Notes: generated by a model not told the origin, from the letters alone. A DNA stretch of 62,226 bases, filler included, from Hausera hauseri (GCA_046269625.1; 10 parts of 10 records of this genome joined end to end with filler, not necessarily neighbours in it); one strand, 5' to 3'; positions 1 to 14,687 are shown, counted from the first letter of the whole stretch. Program-made: numbers and translations.

Positions 1-200
1 GAACATTATATGCAAATCTTTCTTTGGTGATTAAAAAAGCATCATTTGTAGTACATGCTTTTGGAACAAAATTATGTCGAATAAAATACAGGATATTTCC
101 TCTTTTATGTTCAGGTTTCTCTTTTGATCTCTAGTAAACACATTATTAAATTTTATTCCTAATATTTGGTCAAACGAAGAGTCTGGATTAACTGTTATTA

Positions 201-656
201 ATGTTGTACTTTTTTTCAACCGATGAGGTTCCGTGTATGGAGATACGTTGTCCTATGGCCCCAGAAATTTACCTAGAGTATTTGATAAGCTCGCCCAATA
301 AACCGATTTCGTTATTCGATACGTATTCTGAACGAAAAGGTCGTCGCGAATTTCTCATTGCGTATCATGAACCTCTTGACGAAAAGTTAATCGTCATCTC
401 TACTGAATTATTTGTAATGAACGAGTATACCTTCCATGAAAGAACCATGTTAATTTATTCACGACATAAACATTGGACATCATTAACTGATAAACTTTAC
501 AATATTTTTGATGAATACGGAGTGAGTCACATGTATTCTTCCGTTCCAAAGATTATAATGCTCGATCCCGATTGTTGCTACAATTTTGTTGAACTTAGTC
601 TACACAATAATCCCATTTACTACTTCATCCGACGTTTGTCCTACCGATTCCAATGA
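201..656 (+). CDS. Hypothetical 151-aa ORF, function unknown
   Basis: ATG-started ORF in AT-rich DNA; no motif recognised. Confidence 0.25.
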   Translation: MLYFFSTDEVPCMEIRCPMAPEIYLEYLISSPNKPISLFDTYSERKGRREFLIAYHEPLDEKLIVISTELFVMNEYTFHERTMLIYSRHKHWTSLTDKLYNIFDEYGVSHMYSSVPKIIMLDPDCCYNFVELSLHNNPIYYFIRRLSYRFQ

Positions 657-1559
657 AACTCAATTTCAGATAAAATAGGTTTCTAACTATCCCGCCCTGG
701 GTACAATTTTCAAATTTAAATCCCGTTGAACTTGATATCAACGTTTGTCGGAAGTTCAACAAAAAAATTCTGCCATGTTTCTATCCGAAATTGATGTGCA
801 CCAACGACAATAAATTTAACAATTATTTTTCAGACGAATCAAATTTCTTATTCGTGGTAGCCAAGATACTTATTCGAACTGTAGCCCAAAGTCGCCAAGG
901 AAAACCTGACAATGTATTTTAAAGAGGATGTTGAAACGCACTTTCTTAATTCTCAACAACAGAAATTGATCATTGAAGAAAAATACTTAAATTTTCAGGA
1001 AATTTCTCGGCGCATCACTGTGTCTTTCTTGAACTCATTAATAATGAATGCCGACGAAGAATCTACAATTCAGTATATCGATTCCACCACGGAAATTAAT
1101 GTCGTCTCTGCGGTTAGTTTGTCTGACGGTAATTCGGCACTGTCGTGATGGGACTACGACTCCGGTTGCTCGCCTTGCGACCGTGGGGTGCGCTGGGATA
1201 CCACACTACCTACTCGGCTACCTACTACCACCATTTTCCATTTTGTTTTTTACATAATAAATTGGTGCATACCCTATACTTAACAAAACATATAAACCTT
1301 ACCCACTTACATGACCACATCCTCACAATAAGTCATATCTGATTTTTATCTGACTCACAATGGCTTCACCTTCGCTAGTCTTCAAGACATCACCTTTTCT
1401 CCATCTTTCCTCCGCCTTTACATCAATCCCAGAATCCGTGGTGGCATGCTATCTTCGCCAACCAACGACACCACAGATAAGGCCATTACTAATATAAATC
1501 TATCTAAAATCAACCAACAAAACATCTTCAATTGATCTTATCTTTTCACCTAAAACCAC

Positions 1560-2477
1560 TCCTACTACACACTCACATTGTACCGAATATTTTATAAACT
1601 ACGAAATTTCTAGCAAAACATGGCTTAACTTCCACCAGCTCTGGATACAATCCAACGGCATCATTGATTCGCTAACCAAAGCTCTTAATCTACTTTGTCT
1701 TTTACCGACTACAGTAAAAACCTGAGCCATAAACCCATCTTTTCAACGCCGTTTTAAAGCTTACCGGACCATCTATGAACTCTATAATTCATCGGTTCTT
1801 CAACGACAATGCTATGGGAACGCAAAAACCGCCCGATTTCCTTAGAACTTCGCTCGCTCAACTTCAAACACTTGGCGTAACTAAACAACATAATGCCGAT
1901 CTTTTGCGACGATACTTCTTAAACGCATTGCCCATACAAATTAGGGCCTTACCGTCGTCAAAGAATCGACAACTCTATAAATTGGCCGAACTGGAAGACA
2001 AAACATACGAGGTTTTTGCATGTACACACTCAACCAGTCATTTCTGAAGCTGGTACTACCAACAACACTACATTAGAACAGCAGGTAAATCAACTACAAG
2101 TGGAAAATGCGACCTTACAAACAACAATAAGTAATATCAACAATAAACTGAACGAGATTTCATTGACTCGACGGCGGGTTTTGTTTCTAACCGTACTCGT
2201 TCCGTATCTAGAGGTCGGTCACCTTCGCCTGGACGATTACTGATTTGCTATTATCACGGTAGATTCGATAAGAAAGCACAAAAATGCCATCTTGGTTGCA
2301 AATTTTACACCCAGAAGTACCATAATAACAACATTGTTTGCATATACCATGCAAAATTTAGACAATGCGTACAAATGCATCTCAGGTTGCACTTTTAACA
2401 ATAACACACAGTATTCAAACAATGGACGTGATAGCTTCACTTCTAACCGCCGCTCAGGTTCTCTTTCAAAAAACTAA
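1560..2477 (+). pseudogene. gag: Ty3/Gypsy gag, frameshifted
   Basis: MNSIIHRFF..MGTQKP.DFLR..LQTL..LLRRYFLNALPIQIR capsid-like segment; two C-x2-H-x9-C-x3-C knuckles (CYYHGRFDKKAQKCHLGC near 2245, second near 2338); ends in ...SKN*; homologous to the Gag portion of 17439-20018. Confidence 0.8.
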
Positions 2478-2512
2478 CTTCGCCGCCAGAGTTTACGGCG
2501 AATACTGGCGAC
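2468..2512 (+). promoter_or_regulatory. Putative -1 ribosomal frameshift signal at the gag/pol junction
   Basis: A AAA AAC heptamer (2468-2474) just before the gag TAA, followed by TTCGCCG/CGGCGAA and CGCCAG/CTGGCG complementary segments. Confidence 0.6.
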
Positions 2513-5500
2513 GGCCATTCTTTGCATTTTGATAGCCAAAAAATTTCTTTCGCTGTATTCACGTTAAGAGATTCTACCATCACACCATCATCTTAAACCA
2601 TTTTCTTATCGACACAAGTGCAGCGATATCGCTATTACCGCTCACCTTTCCACTTCAAAACGTACTATCTAAAACAAAATCTCTTTTTACGCCTTTAGGA
2701 CAGTCGTTACACGTTTCCGGCACCTAGTCTGTACATTCTTTCACTTTGACAAACTTTCCTTCAAAGTTCCATTGGACATTTACCGTTGCAAATGTCCAGA
2801 CAGCCATTCTAGGGTCTGATTGTATATCTCATTACAATCTTCTGGTGGACTGTAAACAACGTTGTTTAAAAAATGGCCAAAAGAATCAAATTGGCCTGAC
2901 AAATGGCGTTTCAGCTGTCGCGCAAGTGAAGGTCAAACGGAAGCCAATATTAAAGTCTTCGAATAAACAGATTTTTTCAAATAATCATAACTTATTTCAT
3001 AAATTGCTATAATATGATATTCATACCGAATCGAAATTGGATGTTGACAACTATGATTTTGTCGCCATCGTAAAAACACTTGATAAAATTACTGCCTCAA
3101 ATACAATATTCAACATGACCATACTGCATCAAATACCTCTCGATCTTAAGCCATCAAGTATGTTCCATATTTTAACTGTTAAAGATAAAACTATCTCGCC
3201 TCCACCCGATCTTTCATAATTACCTAAAAGTCTGAAACAGTACGTTAATACGTCATGTACTCACGTAATTCAAAAATATAGGTCTTTTACAAAAGCAAAC
3301 AGTACTTTTCATCACATCGTAACACAACACCAAAGACCTATTCGCCAAAAGGTACGTCCATTACCTCCGCGCCGCAGACAGACCGTTGAAATTGAATTCC
3401 TAGATCCTGAACGCTCCGGCATAGTACGCAGATCCAAGTCGCCATGGTCTTCGCTTTTACATGTTGTTCACAAAAAGGACGGATCGTTTCGACCATGCGG
3501 TGACTATCGGCAGCTAAACTCTGACCATAATGGACGCGTACCCCTTACCATTGATAAAAGACATAACATCGTCTCAACGCCACCACAATCTATTCCCACA
3601 TTGAACTGGCCAAGGCTTATCACCAAATCCGGGTGACACCTTTAGATATCGAAAAAAACCGCCATTACCACACTCTTCGGCCTTTACGAATATTTACATA
3701 TGCCTTTTGGCCTAAGGAACGCAACACAAACCTTCCAGCGTCACAGATGCAATACGTCCTGATCTCCCTTATGTTCATCCTTTCATTGATGACATTCTAG
3801 TTGTTTCTTCATCCAGTAAACAGCATAAGGAACATCCACGATCTATATTTCACCGTTTACACCAACACAACCTCCAAATAAACTTTACAAAATATCATTT
3901 CTTTCAACGACGCATAAATTTCCTCGGACATGTTATCTCTTCTGAAGAGCATTTTCCTCAGCCTGACCGAGTCGAGGTCCTCAAAAACGTTCAACTACCG
4001 CGAAAAACCACTGAAATGGAACTTCCTCGGCACATTACATTTCGTCCACAAGTATGTCCCATATTGCTCAGAACTAACCGCACCCTTTGCTCACCTAAGT
4101 GGCGGAAAAAAGCATCAGCCAATACTGTGGATCCTGGAACCCTAAGCCAGGCGCCGAGCTTATTCTTACTACAGACGCCTTTACTACCGCCGTAGGCGCT
4201 GTACTGCACCAGATTTATAAAGACGAAAATCAACTGCTGGAATTCTTCTCACACAAACTAACACCTCCTGAAACCAGATACTCCACGTTCGACCGAAAAC
4301 TACTTGCGATAGTTCTCACTTTAAACACTTCAATTTGCTCACTGCTCGCTGTTTCACTATACAAACCGATCGTAAACCCCTCATAAATATCATTACAATG
4401 AAACAACCATCTACTCGGCAAGAACGACAGATATCGTACTTGTCGACGTTTAATTTCGAAATTAATCATATTAATGGCGTTAACAACTTAGTCGAGGACA
4501 TTTTGTCTAGATCAGTTAGCTCAATTAATTTTAAACCCATTTTCACTCAAGATCAACTTCATGAGAACCAACCACCTCAAGACATTCTTAAATCTTTTAA
4601 ATCGTGGAACATCGTTGACGGAGTGGCCTTAGACACGGCCAAACCAAGACAGTCTAAAATAATCTTAGCACCTGCTTTACAAAAACCGGCATTCAACAAT
4701 GTGCATTCTCTACACCATCCTGATGCTAAGACCAATTTTCGCTTACTTCGCCGACAGGTAGTTTGGCCGTCAATGCGTTCTGATGTACAAGCGTGGGTTA
4801 AGGAGTGCGTAGCTTGCCAGAAATTTAAAACCACCAAGCATTTGAAGCCACCACTATATCATTTCCCTTGCATATCGCATTTCGAGTCCGTTCATATAGA
4901 TCTTGTCGGCTCTCTTTCTCCAGATAATGGTCATCAGTTCATCTTAAACATGATGGACCGTTCCTCTACATGGCCAGAACCCGTCCCGCTGTGAAGCACA
5001 AACACGGACACGATAGCCGAAGTTTTCATCCTCACTTGGATCAGCAGGTTTGGATCTCCTAGATTTATCATTTCGGACAAACGTCCCCAATTCGAATCGA
5101 ACCTGTTCAAATCACTCGTTAACCTATTGGGTATCAGCCATATACACAAAACGCCTTATCAACCCCAATCGAATAGTCTTATTAATAGATTTCACAGAAC
5201 ACTGAAAACATCGCTAAAATTCTCACTGAATCCAACAGTAGTTGGACAGCTCTTCCTTCTGCTTAGCTGGAGGAACACTCCATCCACATCTACAGGATGA
5301 TCACCTACCGAAGCCTTATTTGGAGCGCTTGTTCTTTGTTTGAGCTAACCGCCCTAGAAGATATGCCTATAGATGAAACGATCCGAGCAGCACAGGACCA
5401 TTTCGTCGCAGTCAGTAAAGACTCGTTCTGTAAAATACTACAAAACGATAAAATGTATTTACCGGACAATTTATATTCTGCAAAGTTTGTTTGGCTGAGG

Positions 5501-5640
5501 AATCAGACGTCGTGGTTTTCAACCGCAGTATCTAGGACCCTATAAGCTAATCCAACTACATTCTCACAACGCTGTAATTTTTAAAGACAACAAGGAACTG
5601 GCAGTCCATATAAATAACGTAAAACCTGCCTTTTTGTAGA
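2478..5640 (+). mobile_element. pol: Degenerate Ty3/Gypsy pol (PR-RT-RH-IN)
   Basis: Protease FLIDTSAAIS (~2602); [39 protein letters not shown]; RNase H TTDAFTTAVGAVLHQ, YSTFDRKLLA; integrase H-x3-H..CVAC and VHIDLVG; many stops and frameshifts. Confidence 0.92.
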
Positions 5641-5699
5641 CGACACCTCTACAACCGAAATTTCGACATAGACCTGTGGACTCGAGCTGGAATTCCATC

Positions 5700-7960
5700 A
5701 CAACCACTGAAGAATGCGAAGCTCAAGATGACCCAATTAATGGACGATGGAGCACAAGCATCAAAGAAAGGCAAGAAGGCTGAAAAGGCAGTAACTTTCA
5801 TGGAAACTCCGGATCAGCTGCTTGATATTGCTTCCTGACAATATTAGGATTTCGGGGCATGCGGATGTGAAAGATACATTCATGTACCATAGCGAGAACG
5901 ACAGTTTCACATGGACCAGAGAACCACAAGGAAAATGCAAATTAGTATAATCAATAAGAAGGTAACAGCAAGTATGAAAAGGAAACAAGCAAAGGAAGAT
6001 AAGATGAAAAAAAAGAGAAAGTGAAGAAAGAAGTATGGCAAGTAAAAACAGTTTCCTGCAGTACCAATATGAAAGAGGCTGATGGTGCTAATGAAGATGA
6101 CGATGATGGCAACGACGACGACAATGATGATGAGTGGGTTGGTGCTACCCGAACAGCAGGACAGGAATACGGTTCCAATACCAACTGATGTACTGGAAAC
6201 AGACCGATACGGAGTGTCAAACAGAGCTGCTGCAACGATCAGCACAGCTACGTTGGTGGACTATGGCGTTATTAACCTAGAAGACCAGGTCAATGTTGTC
6301 GATCATCACAAAGAATAAAGAGCCTGACAGTAGTTGAGAAGGAACATCAGAGCAAATCCGATCAATGTTGAGGAAGAAATATTTTTTATAGACGGAAGGA
6401 CATGACGCTGGTGACAGAAAGAAAGAAAGACAAATGGTGTAGTATAAAGAAAACTGAAGATCATTATGTAATTGTTGGTGAGCCTGGAACTTTCTATCTG
6501 CGTCACCTAACACCGGAACGAGGTACAGGTGCTTCTATTGCTGATTGCATTCATGGTGCAATTGAAGACATGGTAATTACAGACAAGATCATGGTTGTTG
6601 CAGCTGAGAGTACAGCTGTGAACACTGGGCACCATGGTGGAGCAATACATTTGTTAGAACTTCACATTGGTCGTCCTTTAAATTGGTTCATTTGCTCCTT
6701 ACACCTGATCGAGCTTCCAATCTGCCATCTCTGCAGAACGCTCATTAGACCAACTGAAGAACTGACACTGTGGAAAGGACCGATTGGTAATGCGTTAGTA
6801 ACCTGTGCATCACTGCAACTTCCTCCGACAGGGTTTCCATGCATTACAGACGGCAATTCTCTTCCAGAAATAGATCTCTGTGAACGTAGTAATGACTAAG
6901 CCTACTTGTACAAAATGATCACAGCTATTCGAAGTGGTAGTATCAGTGATGATTTACTACAGGAAAAGCCTAGGCCCATTTCGGCTCACAACTGCTAGCA
7001 GAATGTGTCGGCTGTATGTGGCAACAGCAGAACCAAGCAACGAACTGTATTCTATAACACAATTCATTATATTCAGCTACGGGCCATAATGGTTCAGCAT
7101 CAAATGTCGCTCAAGGTGCACTGATGGGCCAAAGCACTTCTTTGATCAAATTAACAAAATGAGTCTGTTACTATTGGCCTGAAGAAATGTAACATGGTCT
7201 GTAGTCCACCTGAATGCATACCGGACCCACCAGGAAAATGTTCTTTTGTCAATGTTTGGAGATGACGATGAAGTCAATAGGAAGGCCGCAGTGGACATAA
7301 TCAAGGTCATTCACCAAGAAGCTGGTGGATCCCAACGGCAAGTCAGAAAATTTCGACCTCACGAAGTAAGTGCAAATGCACAAATATTGCAAGACTTACT
7401 GCCACCAATGGAAGAACTCATCCTTGAATCACCTCTCACAAAGAACCTTTCTGATCAAGCAGCTTCTCATACAGTCCTTCATCAGTCTGATGTCGTGCCA
7501 CTCTCAGGGAGTCAAACGCTGTGCCAGAACAGTGAGTGAGGCATCAAAATCAGTCTACGGGATGGATGCAAAGGATGACTACATTCCAGCAGTCATCAAG
7601 TCCAGAGACTTCGTGTCATCATTCCAGACGAAGCTAGATTTTGTTTTACAGCACGACTAGAAATAAAAACTGATACGTGAAATGTTTGTTTTTATTGACT
7701 CACAGTAAGTCTTACAGATATTATAAGGAACTGATGTAATGGCATTTATTAAACACCAGTATATACGTACAGAATTTCTGTCAAAGGGGGAACATTTTCA
7801 CTAAAAACCATATTTTTCAAATATTTGGCAGAAAAAAGGAGGTGTTCTACTGGCTAAGAATTTTTTTGTTATGCATTTTTGAACTCAGCATTGCTGGTTG
7901 TACAAAACCCCAAATGTGCCACATGATCTGTTACAATTCATTGGATGATGATACACCCTA
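5700..7960 (+). mobile_element. hATm-type DNA transposon remnant with right terminus
   Basis: IDGRT..TL..EDHYVIVGEPG.FYL.H; ESTAVNTGHHGGAIHLLE..GRPLNWFICSLH.IELP.CHL; CHSQGVKRC.RTVSEAS; ends in CACCCTA (7954-7960), the reverse complement of the TAGGGTG terminus typical of hATm elements. Confidence 0.8.
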
Positions 7961-8404
7961 CTGAATATTTGAGTTTTAGCAGAACCCTAACGGCACACTG
8001 CAAATTGAACCGTAGTACAATATTTATTGAAAAAAAAACCTTGATAGCATAACTTATGTTTTGAATGAAAATATTTTTCCATATTAGTAATCGCCATAAA
8101 ATTTTGTACTTTAGTGCTCATTTTCATAAAATAAACTCTGACTGGAAGTAAAGTTATGTTCCTTCTTAGGAGTTTGAAACGAGTTATTAGTGTCAACTAC
8201 AGTATTAATAACATATAAAATATGATTTAGAATAAACCCACGTCAAGCAGTTAAACAAAGAATACTGTAGTTTACTAAAAGCGATATCATCCAAAGCATT
8301 CGAGTCACATTAAATTACCTCTAAACCGGATTGTATTCGATCCTGAATTTGATAGTCACATTTATTACGATAATGAAAAAAAAGTTTGAAATCTTAAAAC
8401 TTAC

Positions 8405-8606
8405 CACTTTGAATGTCATTTTGAGGATTAGAATATTCAATGTTCATTTTGTGGTAGTCGGATGGTATACTTTCGCACTCAAGGAGATTTAAGTATCGAT
8501 CTGTAGTCTTGTGAAAACTTTGATTTGATATCGTCATATAATGTCTACGTAATTTTATTGCAGTCAACAAGGCATTAGCATGTTCTTCGAATTCTTCAAA
8601 TATTAG
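8405..8606 (-). CDS. AMP deaminase-like exon
   Basis: Bounded by TTTTCAG and GTAAG; translates LIFEEFEEHANALLTAIKLRRHYMTISNQSFHKTTDRYLNLL..., resembling the AMPD N-terminal ALxIRxKYMxxSxQSFxxTTxRYL segment; no adjacent AMPD exons recognised. Confidence 0.5.
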
Positions 8607-9189
8607 CTGAAAATTTTAAAATCGTGATGAATTAAAAATACGTATATAGATAAAAATGTATTCAACTTGATACATTTATCAAGACGATGTTGACCATATT
8701 TTAGTTTATTTCTTAATAATCTTATTTAACTTCAACATTAAAAATGCTAAAAAAGAACAGCACTTTTCAACTGGTCTGAGTTTTACAAGTTCTAAAAGTA
8801 CAAAATTCTATGATGATTTATTGTATCAAGATAATTTTTGGAACAAACTAAGAATTATGCGGTGTGGGCTACTTATGGGCAACGTCATGTCGCACTTATT
8901 CGTTTCCCCTTAACATGTTGAGGAATTTTGAAATTTAATAAAATTTTCGTTTCATTTTTAACCAATGATTTATTAAGGACGAATTTCCAGTTTGTCATTC
9001 ATGTTATATCAAAGTACAATGTATTCGTCTAATTATCAGTTGCATCACTAATAGTTCCTCATCTATATAAATATTAACTTTACACATGAACGATGACATG
9101 TTATGAGTTAAATATTAGAGGGATATTCATTAGGTCGACAAGACATCAAGAAAAGACAATCAGACAAATATTTTGTTAATTCGTAAAAT

Positions 9190-9289
9190 NNNNNNNNNNN
9201 NNNNNNNNNNNNNNNNNNNNNNNNNNNNNNNNNTTAATTAATTAANNNNNNNNNNNNNNNNNNNNNNNNNNNNNNNNNNNNNNNNNNNN
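9190..9289. other. Artificial contig spacer (first of nine; others at 14588-14687, 20176-20275, 25768-25867, 30043-30142, 39189-39288, 44757-44856, 49163-49262, 54971-55070)
   Basis: Each is 100 bp of N with a central TTAATTAATTAA (stops in all six frames). Confidence 0.98.
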
Positions 9290-9779
9290 AGTGATGCGGA
9301 GATCTGAGCACCTATGGACTTGTCCGGAGTGCATCGACGATGATCCAGCTCATAACTCATAACTCATTCTCTAAATCAGAGCAATTCAAACAGAGTTATG
9401 TCTACCCCTGGAGATACGTGATACCTCTCTCTGGGGTACACAAAGAAAAAACAGTAGACCAACTATTTCTTTACAAAGTTGTGTCGGAAAGTGAGATAGG
9501 GAGACCGTATGTCTTAACAGGACAAGGAAAAGGTTGTAAAGTTTGTAAAGATAAAACAGCTAGGTTTGAAGCAACACTCGATATCTTTATGTTGTTCTAG
9601 CCAATGCTAGCGGGCTGGTGGAGAAACGTCAAACGGAAGCAGTCTCCTCTTATTAAAACATGAATTCCAGTGCCCTTTTCTTATACAGGTATACTTTAAC
9701 TAACCAACGGTTCGCAGCCAGTCGGTTATCATCACCTGGTTTAGCCAAAATATCAATACAGTTTCCCAGGGGTGGCCGA

Positions 9780-10020
9780 TGTTACATATTGATAACTGCG
9801 ATAAAACATTGGTGAGCGCTGAATTCTAGATCCGGACCATCTGGAAGAAACACTTCTACAGGAAAGTCAGTGTGGATTTTAGAAGCAACTTGGCACCACA
9901 AATATGGTATAATTGCTGTAAGACACATGCAGGACAAATGTCAAGAACAGCATTAAAACCTATATGCTGGATTCGTCGACTTAACAAGCACGACGAACAC
10001 TGTCAACAGAGAGGATTTAT
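9780..10020 (+). mobile_element. RTE-like LINE reverse transcriptase fragment
   Basis: HLEETLLQESQCGF...RHMQDKCQEQH.NLYAGFVDL, decayed. Confidence 0.65.
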
Positions 10021-13000
10021 GTACTTGTTTTACTGTTCTCACTGCTGATTATTTTTTGAGACTCAATTTTTTAGTATTTGGCTTGAATCCTTTATTCTCT
10101 ACCTCACTTGTTACTACATTCATCACCTTTTGTAAATGCGCCTCGAGCCAGATCTTTTTTGTTATTATTAGTACAGTGTCGGTTGCGCATCACAAGTCAT
10201 GTAAATTTCATAATGCAAATTTTAATTTAGGGCAAATCTGAAATAATTCTCATGATAATTTTAACTGTACAGGCAGAACAATTTTGAGTGACAACACGAC
10301 GTTGTCGGACAGCGTTTTTAATATCTTCTATGCTTTTTGCTGTCCAAGTTTCACATGCATAAAGCTGTACGGACATTATGTAACACTTTAATATTCTAAC
10401 ATACTTACTGACCACATATTTATTTATTACCATCTTTTATAATTATTCAGCTTTACCTGTGTCATTCTGAAAACAGATCATGTAAACTTACTTGTGAAAG
10501 AATCCCTTGTATAGCAGCTGTAGCAAACAGAATAATGAAGAATAGTTCAGTCATTCTTCAACTGTCCCTGTTGTTTTCTTGAGTATCAAGACAATATGTT
10601 AATTTTTCCTATTCAAAAAATTATAATTTATCAGTCTATTATTAATATATGTATTCTATTTTAAAGGTGTATGTGATTTAAATTTTTTAGCAAGTTTAAA
10701 ATATGTTGTATTCATATTGGATTCAATGAAATATGCTACTTCATGTTTTATTGGAGCTACCATCACGCAATGCCAAACATAACGTTCCCAAAGATACGCT
10801 TTATTCCCAATTCACCACCTACTGAAAAATGTTCTCGCTCTTCAACCCAGTAACTCACTGACTGTAGAACCTTCTTGCTGTTGTATGCATGTATCCTTGC
10901 TTCCATCACTCACTCTCACATACATTGCCTCAATTTTCTTTAAACAAATTATTCTGTGACTGTGCATTATGTGGTCACCCAACCAGTTGAGAAAGTCTGC
11001 ATGTGGCGTACCACAGTGTCCAGCGGAGAAGTCATCAGTGAACCAGTTCCACTCCCTGACTCATCTTCCAAATGTGCATTCTTGATCTCTGCTTCACCGA
11101 ACGGTCAGCTCTTCTGAAAGAGTTCCGAAAAGGTAGTTGCAGTCCTAATAAAGAGGATTGTGTATAATGAGGTAGATCGAGGTCCTCCAGACAGTAGTCA
11201 AATGCATGACCTCTTAGACGTGATCCACCACTCAACAGGGGACCATTCCGAGCCTCCGACCGTTAGCTGTCAGGTTTCCCCACATTTCAACAGAGATACG
11301 GGGTGGACGTGGGGAAATATCTTGGCAGACTATGATTCGTCAGCCTCTGGCACTGTGTAGCAGAAGTTACAGAACCTCCGTCGCCGACTACCTTCCTCCA
11401 ATCCAGTATTTAAACGAATACTCGCGTACTTCAGGAAAAATGCATTTGAAGCTAATATGATCAAATGCACTTAAAATGGTTTGGTTTTAATTTGAGACAT
11501 TGTCAAGAACAATATCTTCATTATTTTTTTTTTAACAAACAGTGCCGCAGCGCATGAGACATTCTCATAAATGTTCCTCCTCATTCCATTATCCACCGGA
11601 GAGTACACACATTCAGTCACTTACTGATTTTGTGATCTTTCAAGTGTTACGGCAAGAACAATTGTCTGCCCTCTCAAAGAGACACAAAATCTACATATAA
11701 ATCTTCTTTCAATGGAAGATGTTGCTAGATGACGCGATCTTTCTTGGCCTCATTGGCAATTGCGTTTTGATTAAATTTTGAGGAATTTATTTTTCAGTTG
11801 GCGGTTGAGACTGAAAATTGAAAAGACTTAATATCACAACGAAGTTAGTCTGTACAGAGAAATGTAAAGATGTCCAGTGAACAAACTGCTGATCAGGACC
11901 GACTTCCTTATACAAGACAATATGGTGTCTAAGTCGGTTATTTTTGTGATCATTCGTAGCATTCAACTGCGTGAATTGAGCACATGCCATTTTTGTTCAG
12001 CATGGTATCCAACAATGCGTAAATCATCCGGAAAACAAATCGCTGTGACAGCGTATTCATCTATGTTTTCCGGTTTGTAATCTCTGGCTTCGGCTGATCA
12101 AATGTTTCCGATTCTCTTCTATTTAAATTTTAGCAGGCATAACCACGCGTCTTCTTACGCCTTCCACTTTGCTCTCTGCATCATGCAGAATATTCACATT
12201 TGCATTGATAGTAAGCAGTCTCGTTTTTCCTGGTAAAATAGGGCTAATGTTTTAAGCTTGTCCACGTATTAATCAAATACAAGTTTGGGAGGGAAGGAGA
12301 GGGTGCGGTACACTTTTTTTTTAAAAAAAAAGTTATTCATGGTTTTTTTAAATGTTTGTGTCAAATGTTGCGCCAGAGTCAGCCGCCCCTGTATCGCTCT
12401 CATCATCATCACGTGACACGCTGTGAAGCAGAGGTCGTCGTGAATCTCCATCTCTCACGATTCATGGTGTCTCCGGTCATCTCTGCTGCTGTGTTACTTC
12501 CGACCCATTCACGCAGACCATCTTGACACTACATTCTCTGTCGTCCACAATTTCCATTTCCCGGTATTTTGCCTGTGGGACCAAGTTCTTCAGACCTTAC
12601 CTGTAACGCTTTAATCTTGTCTACTGTTAATATGCTTAACTCAGTGGTGTACGGTAGGTGTTTTTTTTTTTGTACGATGAGAATTAATTGAGGACCACTC
12701 CATTTTCATCCTTCCCTCGCCCATGAATTCACGAATTAAATACAGTGAATAAGCCCTAATTAACAGAGAGAATTGTCAGTGAAGTTATATACAGAGACGC
12801 ACAAATATTTTTAAAATTAATTTCTTTGGGAGAAAAACTTACTCATTTATTCCAGTGTAAAATCCATTCTCCTCTTCAATCGTTGCAAAGAAGTTCTATA
12901 AAAAAATGTTTCCTTAAGCTTGATGTCATTCAACAGAATATATTCTATTAAAAGTAGCGCCCAGATTAATAACTCTTTTTCCACAAATCCCGTTTCTTGA

Positions 13001-14687
13001 GTTAAAGTTTTTACTTTCTTCTACTCAAGAAACAAACCTTCAGAGATCCTCCAGAATGAAGAAGAACGGAACACTTATCTATCCGTGTGAGAAGCTGTTG
13101 ACCCTTCAACTATAGCGTTCAAAAGGCCGTACAGAAAGGCTATCAATGGCAGTTGAGAACGAAGATGCATTTCAGAGATCTTTAGCTGGCTAAGCTTCCT
13201 GGTCACGATGAAATACTATCTATTACTTTTAGCTACTAACTTTGCGAAGTGTGAGGGAGGGGGATATGAGAATATCCCTTATGTCCAAAGTGCTGCGAGA
13301 GAAACATGCTGTATAAAGACAAACTCCTATTCTCTGCGAACAGGAGTTTCAAAGAATACTATCCCTAACCTGCCATCGATACTCGATAGTGTCAATGAAT
13401 AGGAGATGGTAGTAGATCGCCCTGAGCAAGATTCGAAGAATCTTTTCCCAAACTATTGCAACAATAGATTATACTGGCGGAACACCAACAAGAAGATGTG
13501 ATGATTGAAGATATGGGCGTGGGATGATACGTGAAAGCAAGGCGTTATTGAGTGTTTCCCCGACAACAACTACAGACGTCGGTGGGTGTCCAACATTATG
13601 AAGAGTAAAACATTGTGGAGGATATCTGCCAGACGCAAGGTCAGAATTCGTAAAGATGGTCTCCTAAGTGAATACAGCAAATGTCATGGAGAGGTCCATT
13701 CTTATTAGTGCGAGAAATGCAAATATACGCCAAGTTGTCCGCATATGTCACAAACCGTTCCGGATGATATTGTTTTGAACGTTGTTTGTTGTTTCGTTGT
13801 CAGTTTTGGCCGTTCCGATGAATTAGAATATCAAACTATCACATAATGCGCATACCACTGGTTCAGACAATTTTGAATGACGGGTCAGGTAACAGCAATT
13901 GACATCTTGGAGTCAAGACTCATGTGGGTCCGACCTCCTCCCCCTCCTAGTGGGTCAAGAAGCGAGAGATGAAACACAACAAAAGGGGTATTTTGATGAT
14001 CAGATATCCTTCTGTTGATTCGCTTTCTTCTGAGTTTTATGTCGTACGTGGTTAAATTGTTTCTGTAAAGATTTCCGAGAAAAAATTTGAAATGAGAAAA
14101 GAGCAGTTCTGCTTTCACTTGAATTATTATCTATCTTCAATCCGTATACTCTGTTTTACATTAATTCATTACATCATAAACAACGAGTTGTATTACTTTC
14201 ATGATACCAGATGGAAAACAAATGCACTGTAAATTTGACAGGTTTAACCCCACAGCTGCTCCGAGATCTGCAGCAGCAAATACCACCAAGAAAACATAGC
14301 TACGTTTCACGAAGGTTGTATGGTAATAGCAAGAAAAAATAACAACAAAAGCATAGCGTTTATAATACGCAAAACCGATATACTCCTTCCAACTTACAAT
14401 ATATATCGATGCAATGAGAGCAAATAAAAGTCTTGTGCATGTCCATATATATATATGGCTACAGCGTGGCCGAGTGGATAGTGGCGCGTTCACCCTTACC
14501 GCTACGAACCTGTGATCGAGAGATTGCGGCTTCGGCGGCGGGAAAAACCTATAACGCTGTCCCCGGTCTATGTGTAGGTAGACCGACNNNNNNNNNNNNN
14601 NNNNNNNNNNNNNNNNNNNNNNNNNNNNNNNTTAATTAATTAANNNNNNNNNNNNNNNNNNNNNNNNNNNNNNNNNNNNNNNNNNNN

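Noticed and set aside
9234-9245. Recurrent TTAATTAATTAA palindrome as a biological motif
   Set aside because: It is always centred in a 100-bp N block, so it is an assembly linker.
13030-13760. Mutator/SWIM-type transposase remnant
   Set aside because: Only scattered Cys/His residues across stops; too decayed to support.
14458-14560. tRNA gene (TGGCCGAGTGG A-box-like)
   Set aside because: No convincing B-box or cloverleaf; at best a decayed SINE head.
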